Shown one piece after another: positions 14,577 to 23,793 of a stretch of 25,233 nucleotides of DNA. Numbering within the stretch: position 1 is the first letter of the stretch; every line of letters starts with the position of its first letter. This stretch comes from a virus. The stretch lies in UHGV virus genome UHGV-0079576. The stretch is one strand, 5' to 3'. The position numbers and the translations under genes were made by a program. Below the pieces are notes generated by a model that had not been told where the DNA came from, did not search any database, and worked only from the letters and a program-made list of their open reading frames with translations.

Positions 14577-16980
14577 CGATATCAGGAGCATACTGCCGAT
14601 CAATGCCAGCCGGGCAGAGCGGGTGGTGGACTGTGTCGCCGGAGATATGTTGGCAGACATAGCTGTCTGTCTGATCCGCTATGTGAAAAATCCCGATTTA
14701 TGTCCTGCTGAATTGCTGCCATGGCTGGCCTGGGAAATGGCAGTAGATACCTGGAATGAACACTGGACGGAGGTGGAAAAACGTTCTGCTATAAAGCGTG
14801 CCGCCTATATCCATCGCCACAGAGGGACTAAAGCGGCGCTGATGGCGTCGCTGGCTGACAGTCCGTTCCGGTCGCAGATTGTGGAATGGTATGAGCAGAC
14901 GCCGCCTGGTGATCCCTATACCTTCCGGTTGAATGTGGAGCAGAAGGACTTGCCTGTCCTGATGAGTGACCACCAGGATCTGAAACATGCCGTATTACGT
15001 GCCAAAAATCTGCGTAGCTGGTTCAGTATTCATGTTTATGGGGGCTGCCAGGGGAACGGATACAGCTATGGGTATGTGACAGCGACGGAAAAGATGAAAA
15101 ACAGGATACTGCCGTCAGAAATACAGTTGTCATCAGACAACTTACGACTGGCCCCTGGAGACGTTGTTTCTGTGCAGGTGACGGTGCTACCACTGATTGC
15201 TGATTCCCGCGTATTTTCTGTACAAATCGAAAATGACAGTGTGGCCGCGATAAGTGTTTCTGGTGATGTGGTTACTCTGACAGGGAAACAGTCTGGTCGA
15301 ACTACAGTCGTCGTATCAACGGTAAATGGAGTGGTTGCCAGACTGCCGGTAAGTGTTGTGTCGGTTGTTCAGGTTATTATCCGGGCAGATAACGCCAGCA
15401 TGCCACTGTTTTTTATCGATCCCCAGGATAACGACTTCACTATTGATTATGGTGATGGACTGGACAGCAGAGATTATGTGATTAAGGAGGATGTGGTCAA
15501 AGCTACCCGCACATTGCCGGTCGGAGAAGAAATTACACTGACGATTAAGGGCGCGGAAAGTCTGACATTCTACACCCCGAAGGCAGTAAACAACACCAAT
15601 CCACTCCTGGAGATCATCCGCGTCAGTGGTTCCAGAAAAGACATGTCGTGGTTTGCGAATCTGCAGTGGGCATTGCGAAAAATTCACGCAGGTTCTTTTG
15701 ATAATCTGCCTCACGTACTTTCATTTGAGAATGCCTTTAGGGGGTGTTCGTCTCTTCATGAATTACCTGAAAATCTTTTTGCCAGGTGCGAAGCTGTGGT
15801 GAATTGGTCTGGTGTATTCTATGGGTGCTCTGCCCTGACAGACATCCCACATTTATTTGCGACAAAATCAAGCGCGAACATACTTTCAAAACTGTTTTGT
15901 GGCTGTTCGGAGATCGTCCGGGTCCCGGAGACATTATTCGCTGGTATGGAGAATGCATTGACTTTTGAAAATGCTTTTTCCGGGTGTGAGAAGATGGTTA
16001 ATGCCCCCGCTATTCCAGCTCACAGACTTCAGAATTTTTACAGGGCGTTTTCTGGGTGTTGTAATCTTGCGGAACTCCCGGCGATATTTGGGGAGCAGAA
16101 CGAAAACGACGCATCATCAATTGATTTGTCCTGTGCGTTTTATGGTTGCCGAACACTGACAACCATTCCCGGTGGCTGGGCGGATGTTATCAGAAGCAGA
16201 ATTGCGCATATTGATGGCATATTTAATGAGTGTGACAGTATACGCAGTATACCTGCGCGATTGTTTTCTGGAGCAGATAAGCTTCGTTCTGCTAATAATG
16301 CGTTTTACAACTGCCACAGTATTACCCATGTTGGCGATGGTTTATTCGAGGGATGTCAGAAGCTGACAGGGATAAACGGGGTGTTTTATAACTGCAAATC
16401 ACTGGAAAGCATTGGTGACAGACTTTTTTCCGGGTGTGTGTCAGTTAAATCGGCATCAGAAACGTTTGCTAACTGTAATATTTCGACTGAGATCGGTGAA
16501 GGGACTTTTTCTGGTTGTACATCTCTGATATCAATGAATTCCGTTTTTGCAAATTGCAGAAAACTTATTATGTTACCGGCTGACACATTCAGAGGATGTA
16601 TTTCGCTGAAAGATGTGTCTTATATTTTTTCGAATTGCAATGCATTAACAAAGATTCAGGGGGAACTATTTGCAGACTGCCCACTTACCGTGAGCAGAGG
16701 CATGTTCAGATGGTGTTCGTCATTGATTAAGGTTCCTTGTGGGGTGATTAATCATCGGGAAAGTAGTGTCGACATGACCGAAATGTTTCGTGAGTGCACA
16801 TTATTGGCAATGGACATTAATGATATATTCCCGGATGTGTTTGCTGAAAAATGCAATCTGTCATATTTGTTTTTCCAGTGCAGCAATGTAACAGGCAGTA
16901 AGTCAGAATTTATGGCAAAGTTTCCGGATCCGGTATCTGTTGCTAATGCGTTTAATTATTGTTCGTTACTTACAGACTGA
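14569..16980 (+). CDS. I: Baseplate protein gpI fused to a C-terminal Ig-like (Big_2-type) domain and a long Cys-containing leucine-rich-repeat (BspA-like) domain; 803 aa
   Basis: First ~175 aa collinear with P2 gpI (…NPDLCPAELLPWLAWEMAVDTWNEHWTEVEKRSAIKRAAYIHRHRGTKAA…PPGDPYTFRLNV…); then an Ig-like beta-rich segment (VVSVQVTVLPL…VTLTGKQSGRTTVVVSTVNGVV); from ~15720 about 20 repeats of F-x-G-C-x-x-L-x-x-I/V-P; single uninterrupted ORF. Confidence 0.85.
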   Translation: MNDDIRSILPINASRAERVVDCVAGDMLADIAVCLIRYVKNPDLCPAELLPWLAWEMAVDTWNEHWTEVEKRSAIKRAAYIHRHRGTKAALMASLADSPFRSQIVEWYEQTPPGDPYTFRLNVEQKDLPVLMSDHQDLKHAVLRAKNLRSWFSIHVYGGCQGNGYSYGYVTATEKMKNRILPSEIQLSSDNLRLAPGDVVSVQVTVLPLIADSRVFSVQIENDSVAAISVSGDVVTLTGKQSGRTTVVVSTVNGVVARLPVSVVSVVQVIIRADNASMPLFFIDPQDNDFTIDYGDGLDSRDYVIKEDVVKATRTLPVGEEITLTIKGAESLTFYTPKAVNNTNPLLEIIRVSGSRKDMSWFANLQWALRKIHAGSFDNLPHVLSFENAFRGCSSLHELPENLFARCEAVVNWSGVFYGCSALTDIPHLFATKSSANILSKLFCGCSEIVRVPETLFAGMENALTFENAFSGCEKMVNAPAIPAHRLQNFYRAFSGCCNLAELPAIFGEQNENDASSIDLSCAFYGCRTLTTIPGGWADVIRSRIAHIDGIFNECDSIRSIPARLFSGADKLRSANNAFYNCHSITHVGDGLFEGCQKLTGINGVFYNCKSLESIGDRLFSGCVSVKSASETFANCNISTEIGEGTFSGCTSLISMNSVFANCRKLIMLPADTFRGCISLKDVSYIFSNCNALTKIQGELFADCPLTVSRGMFRWCSSLIKVPCGVINHRESSVDMTEMFRECTLLAMDINDIFPDVFAEKCNLSYLFFQCSNVTGSKSEFMAKFPDPVSVANAFNYCSLLTD

Positions 16981-16992
16981 TAAGGAGAATGT

Positions 16993-18381
16993 ATGCCATC
17001 AGGACTGACGTTAACAATACAAGGAGCAGCCGAAATTGAATCGGCTTATCAGACTGGTCAGGTGGTTACGATCACTCATGTACTGACGGGGGATGGTGGC
17101 GGTAAAACGTTACCATCAACACCTGATGAGATGGCTTCAATGTCGGCATTGTTGGGGCAATTTGGTCAGGAAGTGTTTTCTGAAGGTAAGGTTGAGCAGG
17201 GATTTATCAGTGGTGACATTGTCATTGACTGTAAAAAATATCCCGGAAGAACCTTGCGTGAGCTGGGAATGGTTAGCAGCAGCGGTACGCTGATTGCTTA
17301 TGGTCGTTATCCCGACACGTATTTACCGGCGCAGACTGATTCTGTTATCAAAGAAGTTATACTGACAATGGTTCTGGCGCTTACCCACACCCAGAATGTG
17401 ACGCTGGAGATTGATCCTGAAAGGGCCATTATTACCCAGGAAACAGGTGACAGGCGTTATCTGCAACGAAAAAACAATCTTTCAGATGTGGAAGACAATG
17501 ACGAAGCAATTGATAACCTCGGATTAAAACCCACGGTAGACAAGGCAAAAAATGCCGTTCAGCGTGATGGTGACACCATGAGCGGGGAACTGAAAATCCA
17601 TGGTGTGAATGCGCTGAGGATTTTCAACGAAGCTTTTGGTCTGATTTTTCGTCGTTCGGAAGAGTGCCTGCACCTTATCCCTACCAGTGAAGGTCAGGGT
17701 GAAAATGGCGATATTGGCCCCCTGCGTCCGTTCACCATAAATTTGCGGACGGGTGAGATATCCATGTCGCACAAAGTGTCTGTTGGCGGTGGTTCTCAGG
17801 TGAATGGTGCATTGGGTATCGGCGTTCTGAACGCACTGGGCGGTAACTCAATTGCTCTCGGAGATAACGATACAGGTATAAAACAAAACGGCGACGGCAT
17901 TCTGGATGTTTATGCGAATGGACAGCATGTATTTCGTTTTCAGAATGGGGTGGCAATAGCGTTAAAAAATATTCAGGCCGGAAATGCCAGGAAATTTACG
18001 CTATCCAGCACTAACGAATCTGCGAAAAATGCAACGTTTAATTTATGGGGGCATTCATCCAGACCCGTAGTTGTTGAACTTGGTGATGATTCAGGCTGGC
18101 ATTTTTACAGCCAGAGGAATACAGATAACAGCATCACGTTCGCTGTAAACGGACAGGTAGTGCCATCAAATTATGGAAACTTTGATGCCCGTTACCAGAT
18201 GAAAACAGGGATCGTACAGGATGTGCGACTGGGGAGTGCGGTTGGGATTGGGCGTGGAGGGAATGCACCATCAGGCCATTTGCTGAGCGGTGTTGATGGT
18301 GGCGAAAGCGTGGACTGGGCGAATGCCCGCCCGGTGCAGGTTCTGATTAATGGCGTCTGGCGGAATGTAGCGAGTTTGTAA
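16993..18381 (+). CDS. H: Tail fibre protein (P2 gpH-like N-terminal domain, divergent C-terminal receptor-binding part)
   Basis: 462 aa; AAGGAG RBS; N-terminus …VTITHVLTGDGGGKTLPSTPD…RELGMVSSSGTLIAYGRYP… parallels P2 H (…ITTMAVGDGGGK…RELGLYDDAGTLIAVANMA…). Confidence 0.75.
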   Translation: MPSGLTLTIQGAAEIESAYQTGQVVTITHVLTGDGGGKTLPSTPDEMASMSALLGQFGQEVFSEGKVEQGFISGDIVIDCKKYPGRTLRELGMVSSSGTLIAYGRYPDTYLPAQTDSVIKEVILTMVLALTHTQNVTLEIDPERAIITQETGDRRYLQRKNNLSDVEDNDEAIDNLGLKPTVDKAKNAVQRDGDTMSGELKIHGVNALRIFNEAFGLIFRRSEECLHLIPTSEGQGENGDIGPLRPFTINLRTGEISMSHKVSVGGGSQVNGALGIGVLNALGGNSIALGDNDTGIKQNGDGILDVYANGQHVFRFQNGVAIALKNIQAGNARKFTLSSTNESAKNATFNLWGHSSRPVVVELGDDSGWHFYSQRNTDNSITFAVNGQVVPSNYGNFDARYQMKTGIVQDVRLGSAVGIGRGGNAPSGHLLSGVDGGESVDWANARPVQVLINGVWRNVASL

Positions 18382-18383
18382 TT

Positions 18384-18929
18384 ATGATGCATTTAAAAAA
18401 TATTTCTGTTCAGAACCCTAAAACGATTGAGCAATACCAACTGGCACGACAGCATAAATTTTTATTGTGGCTGTTCTCAGAGGATGGTCAGGAATGGCAC
18501 GAAGCTCAGGAAAAATTTCAGCCAGACACACTCAAAGTGATTTATGTCAAAACGGGAGAAGTCGTCTGGGTCGGGAAAAATATCACATCGGTTTGCCCGG
18601 AAAATAAAAGCGTAATTGAACTGCCGGACATTACCGCGAATCGTCGTATTGCAGCGTCAGGCTACTGGTTTTACCGCAATGATGAATTTGTTTTCGACTA
18701 CAAATTAAAAGCAGAAGACGAACGCGATGCTCTGTTAAAGCAGGTCAGTATCGTGACCAGCGAGTGGGAAAAAGACCTGCAACTTGGGTTAATCAGCGAC
18801 GAAGATAAAGAAAAGCTGAAGGCGTACCGTATTTACGCAAAGAAATTGCAGATGATGGATTTCAGCAATATTTCGGATAAGGCCACTTACAACAATATCG
18901 TCTGGCCTGAGCCACCACAAAATATCTGA
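18384..18929 (+). CDS. Tail fibre assembly protein (Tfa-type chaperone)
   Basis: 181 aa immediately after the fibre gene; C-terminal …YNNIVWPEPPQNI motif typical of Tfa; low GC. Confidence 0.75.
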   Translation: MMHLKNISVQNPKTIEQYQLARQHKFLLWLFSEDGQEWHEAQEKFQPDTLKVIYVKTGEVVWVGKNITSVCPENKSVIELPDITANRRIAASGYWFYRNDEFVFDYKLKAEDERDALLKQVSIVTSEWEKDLQLGLISDEDKEKLKAYRIYAKKLQMMDFSNISDKATYNNIVWPEPPQNI

Positions 18930-18948
18930 AAAAGAAATGAATTATCTG

Positions 18949-18971
18949 ACCGCCTTAAGGGCGGTTTTTTT
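18949..18971 (+). terminator. Intrinsic terminator between fibre assembly gene and sheath gene
   Basis: Stem accgcc(18949-18954)/ggcggt(18960-18965), loop ttaag, then TTTTTTT. Confidence 0.6.
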
Positions 18972-18984
18972 ATGGGAGAAATGT

Positions 18985-20460
18985 ATGTCCGGATTACATG
19001 GTGTTGAAACCATTGAACTGACGACAGGCACGGTTGCCGTGCAGACCATCTCCACGGCTGTAATTGGCCTGGTGGGGACCGCGCCGGACGCCTCCGGTGG
19101 TGTGTGTGCTTCCGGTACAGCCGGTTCGTGGCTGCTGGGAACGGCGCTGGATTTTACGGCGAAACAGGAAGGTAGGGCTGGCAATAATATTTCGGTTGTT
19201 GCTGTCGCTGCCACAAAGCAAAGCGCGCAGACAGCGGCTTCGCTGGAAGGTTCGACCCTGATGATAACGCTGGGTACGGATGAACGCAGCCAGGTTAACA
19301 CCACGGTGGCTTGTGTGATTGAGGTGGTGAATGCACTGGGTGATTCGCCAGTGACAGTGGCGGTCAGTCCACTGAATGCAGAGGGTGCAGAAAATAATGT
19401 GGTGTCGCCGTTCAGTCTGACCTTATCCGGCGGAGAGGATGAGGCGTTTCCGGTTAATACACCGGTGGTGGTGGCGGGGGCGTTAACTCAGGCCGGGAAA
19501 CTGGGCGCAGCCGGGACATTATATCCGGCCCTGCGTGATATTTTTGACCAGACAGGTGCGCTGGTGATTGTGGTGCGTGCGGAAAGCAAAACGAAGGCAA
19601 AGGAAGCAGAACAGCGCGCGGCAGTCATTCGGGCAATGGAAGCCCTGATGGAAAGCAAAGGAAAAACGGGCTACCAGCCGCGCATTCTTATCGCTACTGG
19701 TTACAGTGAGGATGATGGCGTGGCAAAGGCGCTGGAAACGTACGCAGCGAAGTTACGGGCCGTGGCCTATATAGACTCCCCCTCAATGGCAACGCCGCAG
19801 GATGTGGTTCAGCGACGTGCGTCCTTTGGCGGGCGTGTGGAGCTGCTGCGTCCGCGCGTGTCAGTGATGGATGACAGCGGGCAGACGGTATTTCGTCCGT
19901 ATTCAGCACGAGCTGCAGGGCTACGTGCCCGTATTGATTACGAAAAAGGATGGTGGTGGTCCAAGTCAAACCAGGACGTGATGAATATCACTGGACTGGA
20001 GCAGGTTGACACATTTATTCTCGGAGAGCAGAACTGCACAGTAAACCTGCTGAACATGGAAAATATCTCCACCATTATTCGCCACGACGGTTTTAAACAC
20101 TGGGGGAACCGTCTGTGCTCATCCCACAGTCAGTGGCGTTTTGAGCCGGTACGCCGTACAGCAGATGTGATTGAAGACAGCATTCAGGAGGCCATGCTGC
20201 CTTATGTCGATCGGCCGCTTGATCGGGATGTGGCAGAAGACATTCTTGGCAGTATTAATGCCTATATGCGCCAGCTTAAAAATCTGGGCGCGATCCACGG
20301 AGGCAGTGCCTGGCTGAATGATGAACTGAATACAGCAGAAACCCTGGCGGCAGGGCAGTTGTATATTGATTATGACTTTGGGCCGAAGTCACCACTGGAG
20401 CGTCTGACACTGCGGGCGATGATTAACAATAAACTGGCGCTGGAGGAGCTGACAGTATGA
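18985..20460 (+). CDS. FI: Tail sheath protein (P2 FI-like)
   Basis: ATG at 18985 with GGGAG 6 nt upstream, downstream of the terminator; collinear with P2 FI (MSGLHGVETIEL…AVIGLVGTA…RARIDYEKGWW…TIIRHDGFKHWGNR…AGQLYIDYDFGPKSPLERLTLR); track start 18937 lies upstream of the terminator. Confidence 0.95.
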   Translation: MSGLHGVETIELTTGTVAVQTISTAVIGLVGTAPDASGGVCASGTAGSWLLGTALDFTAKQEGRAGNNISVVAVAATKQSAQTAASLEGSTLMITLGTDERSQVNTTVACVIEVVNALGDSPVTVAVSPLNAEGAENNVVSPFSLTLSGGEDEAFPVNTPVVVAGALTQAGKLGAAGTLYPALRDIFDQTGALVIVVRAESKTKAKEAEQRAAVIRAMEALMESKGKTGYQPRILIATGYSEDDGVAKALETYAAKLRAVAYIDSPSMATPQDVVQRRASFGGRVELLRPRVSVMDDSGQTVFRPYSARAAGLRARIDYEKGWWWSKSNQDVMNITGLEQVDTFILGEQNCTVNLLNMENISTIIRHDGFKHWGNRLCSSHSQWRFEPVRRTADVIEDSIQEAMLPYVDRPLDRDVAEDILGSINAYMRQLKNLGAIHGGSAWLNDELNTAETLAAGQLYIDYDFGPKSPLERLTLRAMINNKLALEELTV

Positions 20461-20975
20461 TTACGGGTGAAAAAAAACTGTTGCGCGCGTGGGCGTTATT
20501 TCTTCCTGGCGGGATCCGTCTTCAGGGGGCACATGAATACACGCCGCCTGCCATTAATATCACGACAGTGGATATCAAAACCGGCGCAATGGATGCACCG
20601 GTAGCAGTGGATGATGGCATGGAAGCACTGACCTGCTCATTTAAAATTTATGGCTACGATGTTGCCATGCTGACTCTGCTGGGGTTGCAGGCTGGACTTT
20701 ATTCACCGGAGATCGTTGTTCGTCAGGCTTACCGGGTGGGGAATGCGACCAGCGGACAGGTGGAAACCCTGCAGGGGATGATCACCAGTATCACCCCGGA
20801 TGCGCGCCCGGCAACATCACAGGCTGAGGCTTCGGTGACGGTGGAAATGTCACTGAGTTATTACCGTCAGGCTGTCGACGGTCTGGAAACCATCTGCATT
20901 ATTCCGGAGGAATTTGTGCGTCGTATTAACGGCGTTAATGTTCTGTCGGATCTGAAAAAAATTATCCGGGTTTAA
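20457..20975 (+). CDS. FII: Tail tube protein (P2 FII / Mu-type tube family)
   Basis: 172 aa directly after the sheath gene (ATGA overlap); size and position as a myophage tube. Confidence 0.8.
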   Translation: MITGEKKLLRAWALFLPGGIRLQGAHEYTPPAINITTVDIKTGAMDAPVAVDDGMEALTCSFKIYGYDVAMLTLLGLQAGLYSPEIVVRQAYRVGNATSGQVETLQGMITSITPDARPATSQAEASVTVEMSLSYYRQAVDGLETICIIPEEFVRRINGVNVLSDLKKIIRV

Positions 20976-20994
20976 TCCCGGCATCCTGTCATTC

Positions 20995-21022
20995 AGGCGG
21001 CTCAGGCCGCCTTTTCTTTTTT
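20995..21022 (+). terminator. Intrinsic terminator between tube gene and tail chaperone gene
   Basis: Stem aggcggc(20995-21001)/gccgcct(21006-21012), loop tcag, then ttttctttttt. Confidence 0.6.
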
Positions 21023-21036
21023 AAAAGGAGACGATT

Positions 21037-21339
21037 ATGTCGGAAAAAAACAGTGTTCCCGCCAGCAGTGTGGAAATTGTGTTATCCGTGCCGTATGTCA
21101 CCGCATCAGGACAGACGATCACGCATGTCACCATGCGTGCGCCTACCGTCCGCGATCGTCTGTTGCATCGCCGGAGTACCAAACCGGAAGCAGAGGCTGA
21201 TCTGGATATGATTGCCGGTCTGTGCGGGATGGACGCGGCGGACATGATGAACATGGAAGCGTGTGATTACCTGACCCTGGAGCGGCAGTTCAATGTTTTT
21301 TTGCTGCCGCCGGTCCGGCGGAAGAAGAAAGCATCCTGA
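21037..21339 (+). CDS. E: Tail assembly chaperone (P2 gpE-like), zero-frame product
   Basis: 100 aa; AAGGAG RBS; position between tube and tape measure; contains slippery heptamer near its 3' end. Confidence 0.7.
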   Translation: MSEKNSVPASSVEIVLSVPYVTASGQTITHVTMRAPTVRDRLLHRRSTKPEAEADLDMIAGLCGMDAADMMNMEACDYLTLERQFNVFLLPPVRRKKKAS

Positions 21340-21476
21340 CGGCGATACGGCGCGCCGGTGCCTGGTTCGGGTGGTCTCCGGGAGATGTGATGGCGCTGCC
21401 GTATACGGATTTTGTGGCAATGATGCTGGCGGAGTCGGAAGAGAGGAAGCGATGTTATGGCAACGGTGGGCGATAA
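21037..21476 (+). CDS. E': Frameshift-extended chaperone (P2 E+E'-like) by programmed -1 frameshift at T-TTT-TTG (21297-21303)
   Basis: Heptamer T TTT TTG in the E frame; the -1 frame is open from 21303 to stop TAA 21474-21476, overlapping the tape-measure start; GC-rich palindrome ccgccgg/ccggcgg (21307-21321) begins 4 nt downstream. Confidence 0.55.
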
Positions 21477-23109
21477 CCTTAAAGCGAATATCCGGATCGG
21501 AGGTTCGATAGATCCGTCGTGGAAAAAATCGGTTGATGGACTGAAGCACGGATTATCAGGGGCAACACAGGAAGTGGCTCGCCTGACACGCCAGCAGGAC
21601 GTACTGAAACGAAAAATTCAGGCTGGTGTACTGGCAGGACAGGATATTACCGAACTGCGAAAGCAGTATGAAAAGCTGGGCAGAAAAATTCATGATGCCA
21701 CCGGGGAACAGGATAAATTTAACCGTAAGCTGGCGCGGGCAGAACGTCTGGAACGCTGGAAAGGACGGGCCGGGACGGTTCTTAAAACCGGGCTGGGGCT
21801 TTCGGTTGGTTCCGGACTGACGCTGGCAGCCGGTGCCGGCGCGGTACTGAACCGGAATGCGGAAACGGCAGAGCGGTCAGGGATAGCCCGGAGTTACGGG
21901 GTGGATTATGAAACCTATGCGGCGTGGGATTCACTGGGCCGGCAGATGGGGTTAAACGGCGAAAACATCGGTGATCTGTTTGAGGAATACCGGAACAAGG
22001 TTTTTGACGATGATAATGGTGCCAAGGACAAAGGAGCCATTCAGGACGTATTCGGTAAACTTGGGCTGAAAGCGGGTGTAATGGTCGGAAAAAACAACCA
22101 GGAGCAGGTCGAGTTTTTGTTTGAACGCTTACTGCAGGTGGAGAATGAGCAGCAGGCTGCGGGGATGGCAGATGCGTTATTTGGTGGTGAAGCCAATAAA
22201 ATCCTGACCTGGATGCGTCTGTCAGGAAAGACCTTCCAGGAACTTATCAGTGAGCAGAAACGCTATAACCTGGTGACAAAGGAAGGGGCTGATGGCGCAG
22301 TTCAGGGGCATGTGGCGTTGTCAAATTTCCGTTATGTTCTGAGTTCTTCAATTGATGAAATCAGCGGACAGCTGGGTAATGAACTTGCTCCACATATTCA
22401 ACAGGTGACGGATGACCTTGCGGCCTGGTTTAAGAATGGTGGGCTGGAAAAAATCCGGGCATTTATCCGTGATGATGCCCTGCCGGCGCTGATCGACATG
22501 GCTGCGTGGATGTGGAAATTTGGAAAAGTTCTTGCCGGAATAACGCAGAAAGCCATTGAGTGGGGGCTGGCGGATGATCCGCGAGAGGACCGACGAGAAG
22601 TGCTGGAATATCTGGCAAAAATGGGGTCGCCGGAGCTGGCGAGAGCGGTAGCGCAGAAAAACGGTCAGGGGGAGTGGTTTGATGAACTGCTCAGGCAAAA
22701 TCCGGAGCTGACGAAACAGGTTGTACAGGCCTATAAAGACACTCGCGGTTATCTCCCCTGGAATCATGATGATAAAAAGTTTGATGCTTTTCTCGACCCT
22801 TTGTTGGGGCCGAAAGAAGAACCTGATTTTAAGGCGATAAAAGAGAAATCCCGCACCTACATTGACGGACTTCCTGCAGCAGATCATGGGCAGGGTAATT
22901 CGGACCCTCTCTCGGCTCTTCAGTATACCCCCGGCAATATCAGCCAGGTGGAAGTAAAACCCACGTATCAGATACGAGCGGAATTTAACATCACCCAGAA
23001 GCCCGACGAGGATGCCGGACAACTGGCAGACAGGGTAATGAGAAATCTGGGAGATATTAATTTTGGTCAGCGTTCCCGCATGACCGATGGTGATGCATTC
23101 TGGGGGTGA
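21457..23109 (+). CDS. T: Tail tape measure protein (P2 gpT-like)
   Basis: 550 aa, coiled-coil-rich N-terminus, Gly/Ala-rich hydrophobic segment (TGLGLSVGSGLTLAAGAGAV); position after E/E'. Confidence 0.9.
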   Translation: MATVGDNLKANIRIGGSIDPSWKKSVDGLKHGLSGATQEVARLTRQQDVLKRKIQAGVLAGQDITELRKQYEKLGRKIHDATGEQDKFNRKLARAERLERWKGRAGTVLKTGLGLSVGSGLTLAAGAGAVLNRNAETAERSGIARSYGVDYETYAAWDSLGRQMGLNGENIGDLFEEYRNKVFDDDNGAKDKGAIQDVFGKLGLKAGVMVGKNNQEQVEFLFERLLQVENEQQAAGMADALFGGEANKILTWMRLSGKTFQELISEQKRYNLVTKEGADGAVQGHVALSNFRYVLSSSIDEISGQLGNELAPHIQQVTDDLAAWFKNGGLEKIRAFIRDDALPALIDMAAWMWKFGKVLAGITQKAIEWGLADDPREDRREVLEYLAKMGSPELARAVAQKNGQGEWFDELLRQNPELTKQVVQAYKDTRGYLPWNHDDKKFDAFLDPLLGPKEEPDFKAIKEKSRTYIDGLPAADHGQGNSDPLSALQYTPGNISQVEVKPTYQIRAEFNITQKPDEDAGQLADRVMRNLGDINFGQRSRMTDGDAFWG

Positions 23110-23111
23110 AC

Positions 23112-23600
23112 ATGGTGGATTTACTGGGCTGGGGCGTAAACCGGCTTGAGCGTGAAGCATGGGACGCGGTGGGCTCATTAACGGATGTCGCCTCCCGCGT
23201 CATGCTGTCGTTTGGTGAGTTTGAATTCAGTATTGATACGGCAGCCTATAACGCCATGAAGCGCACTATGGAATGGCGATGGGATGAACAGCAACTTATC
23301 GGAAAAAACGACCTGCTGCAGTATACCGGTAAGGGGGCCAGAACAATAACCCTTGAAGGTATGGTGCATGCGGGATTTCGTGACGGTGTGGGAATGGATG
23401 CCCTTGATACACTGGTTCAGATGGTGGATGACAATCCGGCTCCGCATCTTCTGGTTTCGAGCACAGGTGATGTGATGGGGTATTTTGTGGCAACTGCCTA
23501 TTCAGATAACACCACGTCCTTTCTTCCCGGCGGTGCGCCGAAGAACAAAACGTTCACACTGGAGCTGAAATACTATGGCGAAAAACTGGCGGACCACTGA
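23112..23600 (+). CDS. U: Tail protein (P2 gpU-like)
   Basis: ATG at 23112 (GTG 23106 overlaps the tape-measure stop); size and position as P2 U between T and X/D. Confidence 0.75.
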   Translation: MVDLLGWGVNRLEREAWDAVGSLTDVASRVMLSFGEFEFSIDTAAYNAMKRTMEWRWDEQQLIGKNDLLQYTGKGARTITLEGMVHAGFRDGVGMDALDTLVQMVDDNPAPHLLVSSTGDVMGYFVATAYSDNTTSFLPGGAPKNKTFTLELKYYGEKLADH

Positions 23601-23793
23601 CGGCGATATGCTGGATGATATCTGTCAGAGACACTATGGCAGTGCCGGACTTAACCAGTCACTGGCAGCGGTACTGGAGGCTAATCCGGGGATTGCTGAC
23701 TTTGGTCCGGTGTATCCCGCAGGGGTGGAAATCGTGTTGCCGGACTGGACATATGAGCCGGAAGAGGAGGAGGCGTTTCAGTTATGGGACTGA
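23575..23793 (+). CDS. X: Tail protein X (P2 gpX-like, LysM-type)
   Basis: 72 aa; …GDMLDDICQRHYG…LEANPGIADFGPVYPAGVEIVLPD parallels P2 X (…GDTLDAICVRYYG…LAANPGLAELGAVLPHGTAVELPD). Confidence 0.8.
   Translation: MAKNWRTTDGDMLDDICQRHYGSAGLNQSLAAVLEANPGIADFGPVYPAGVEIVLPDWTYEPEEEEAFQLWD

Noticed and set aside
18937-18984. Upstream extension of the sheath ORF (track start at 18937)
   Set aside because: The extension reads through a strong terminator hairpin and lacks an RBS; ATG 18985 has a GGGAG RBS and aligns with the P2 sheath N-terminus
22348-23178. 276-aa ORF on the minus strand
   Set aside because: Antisense to the tape-measure gene; no start context and no recognisable domain
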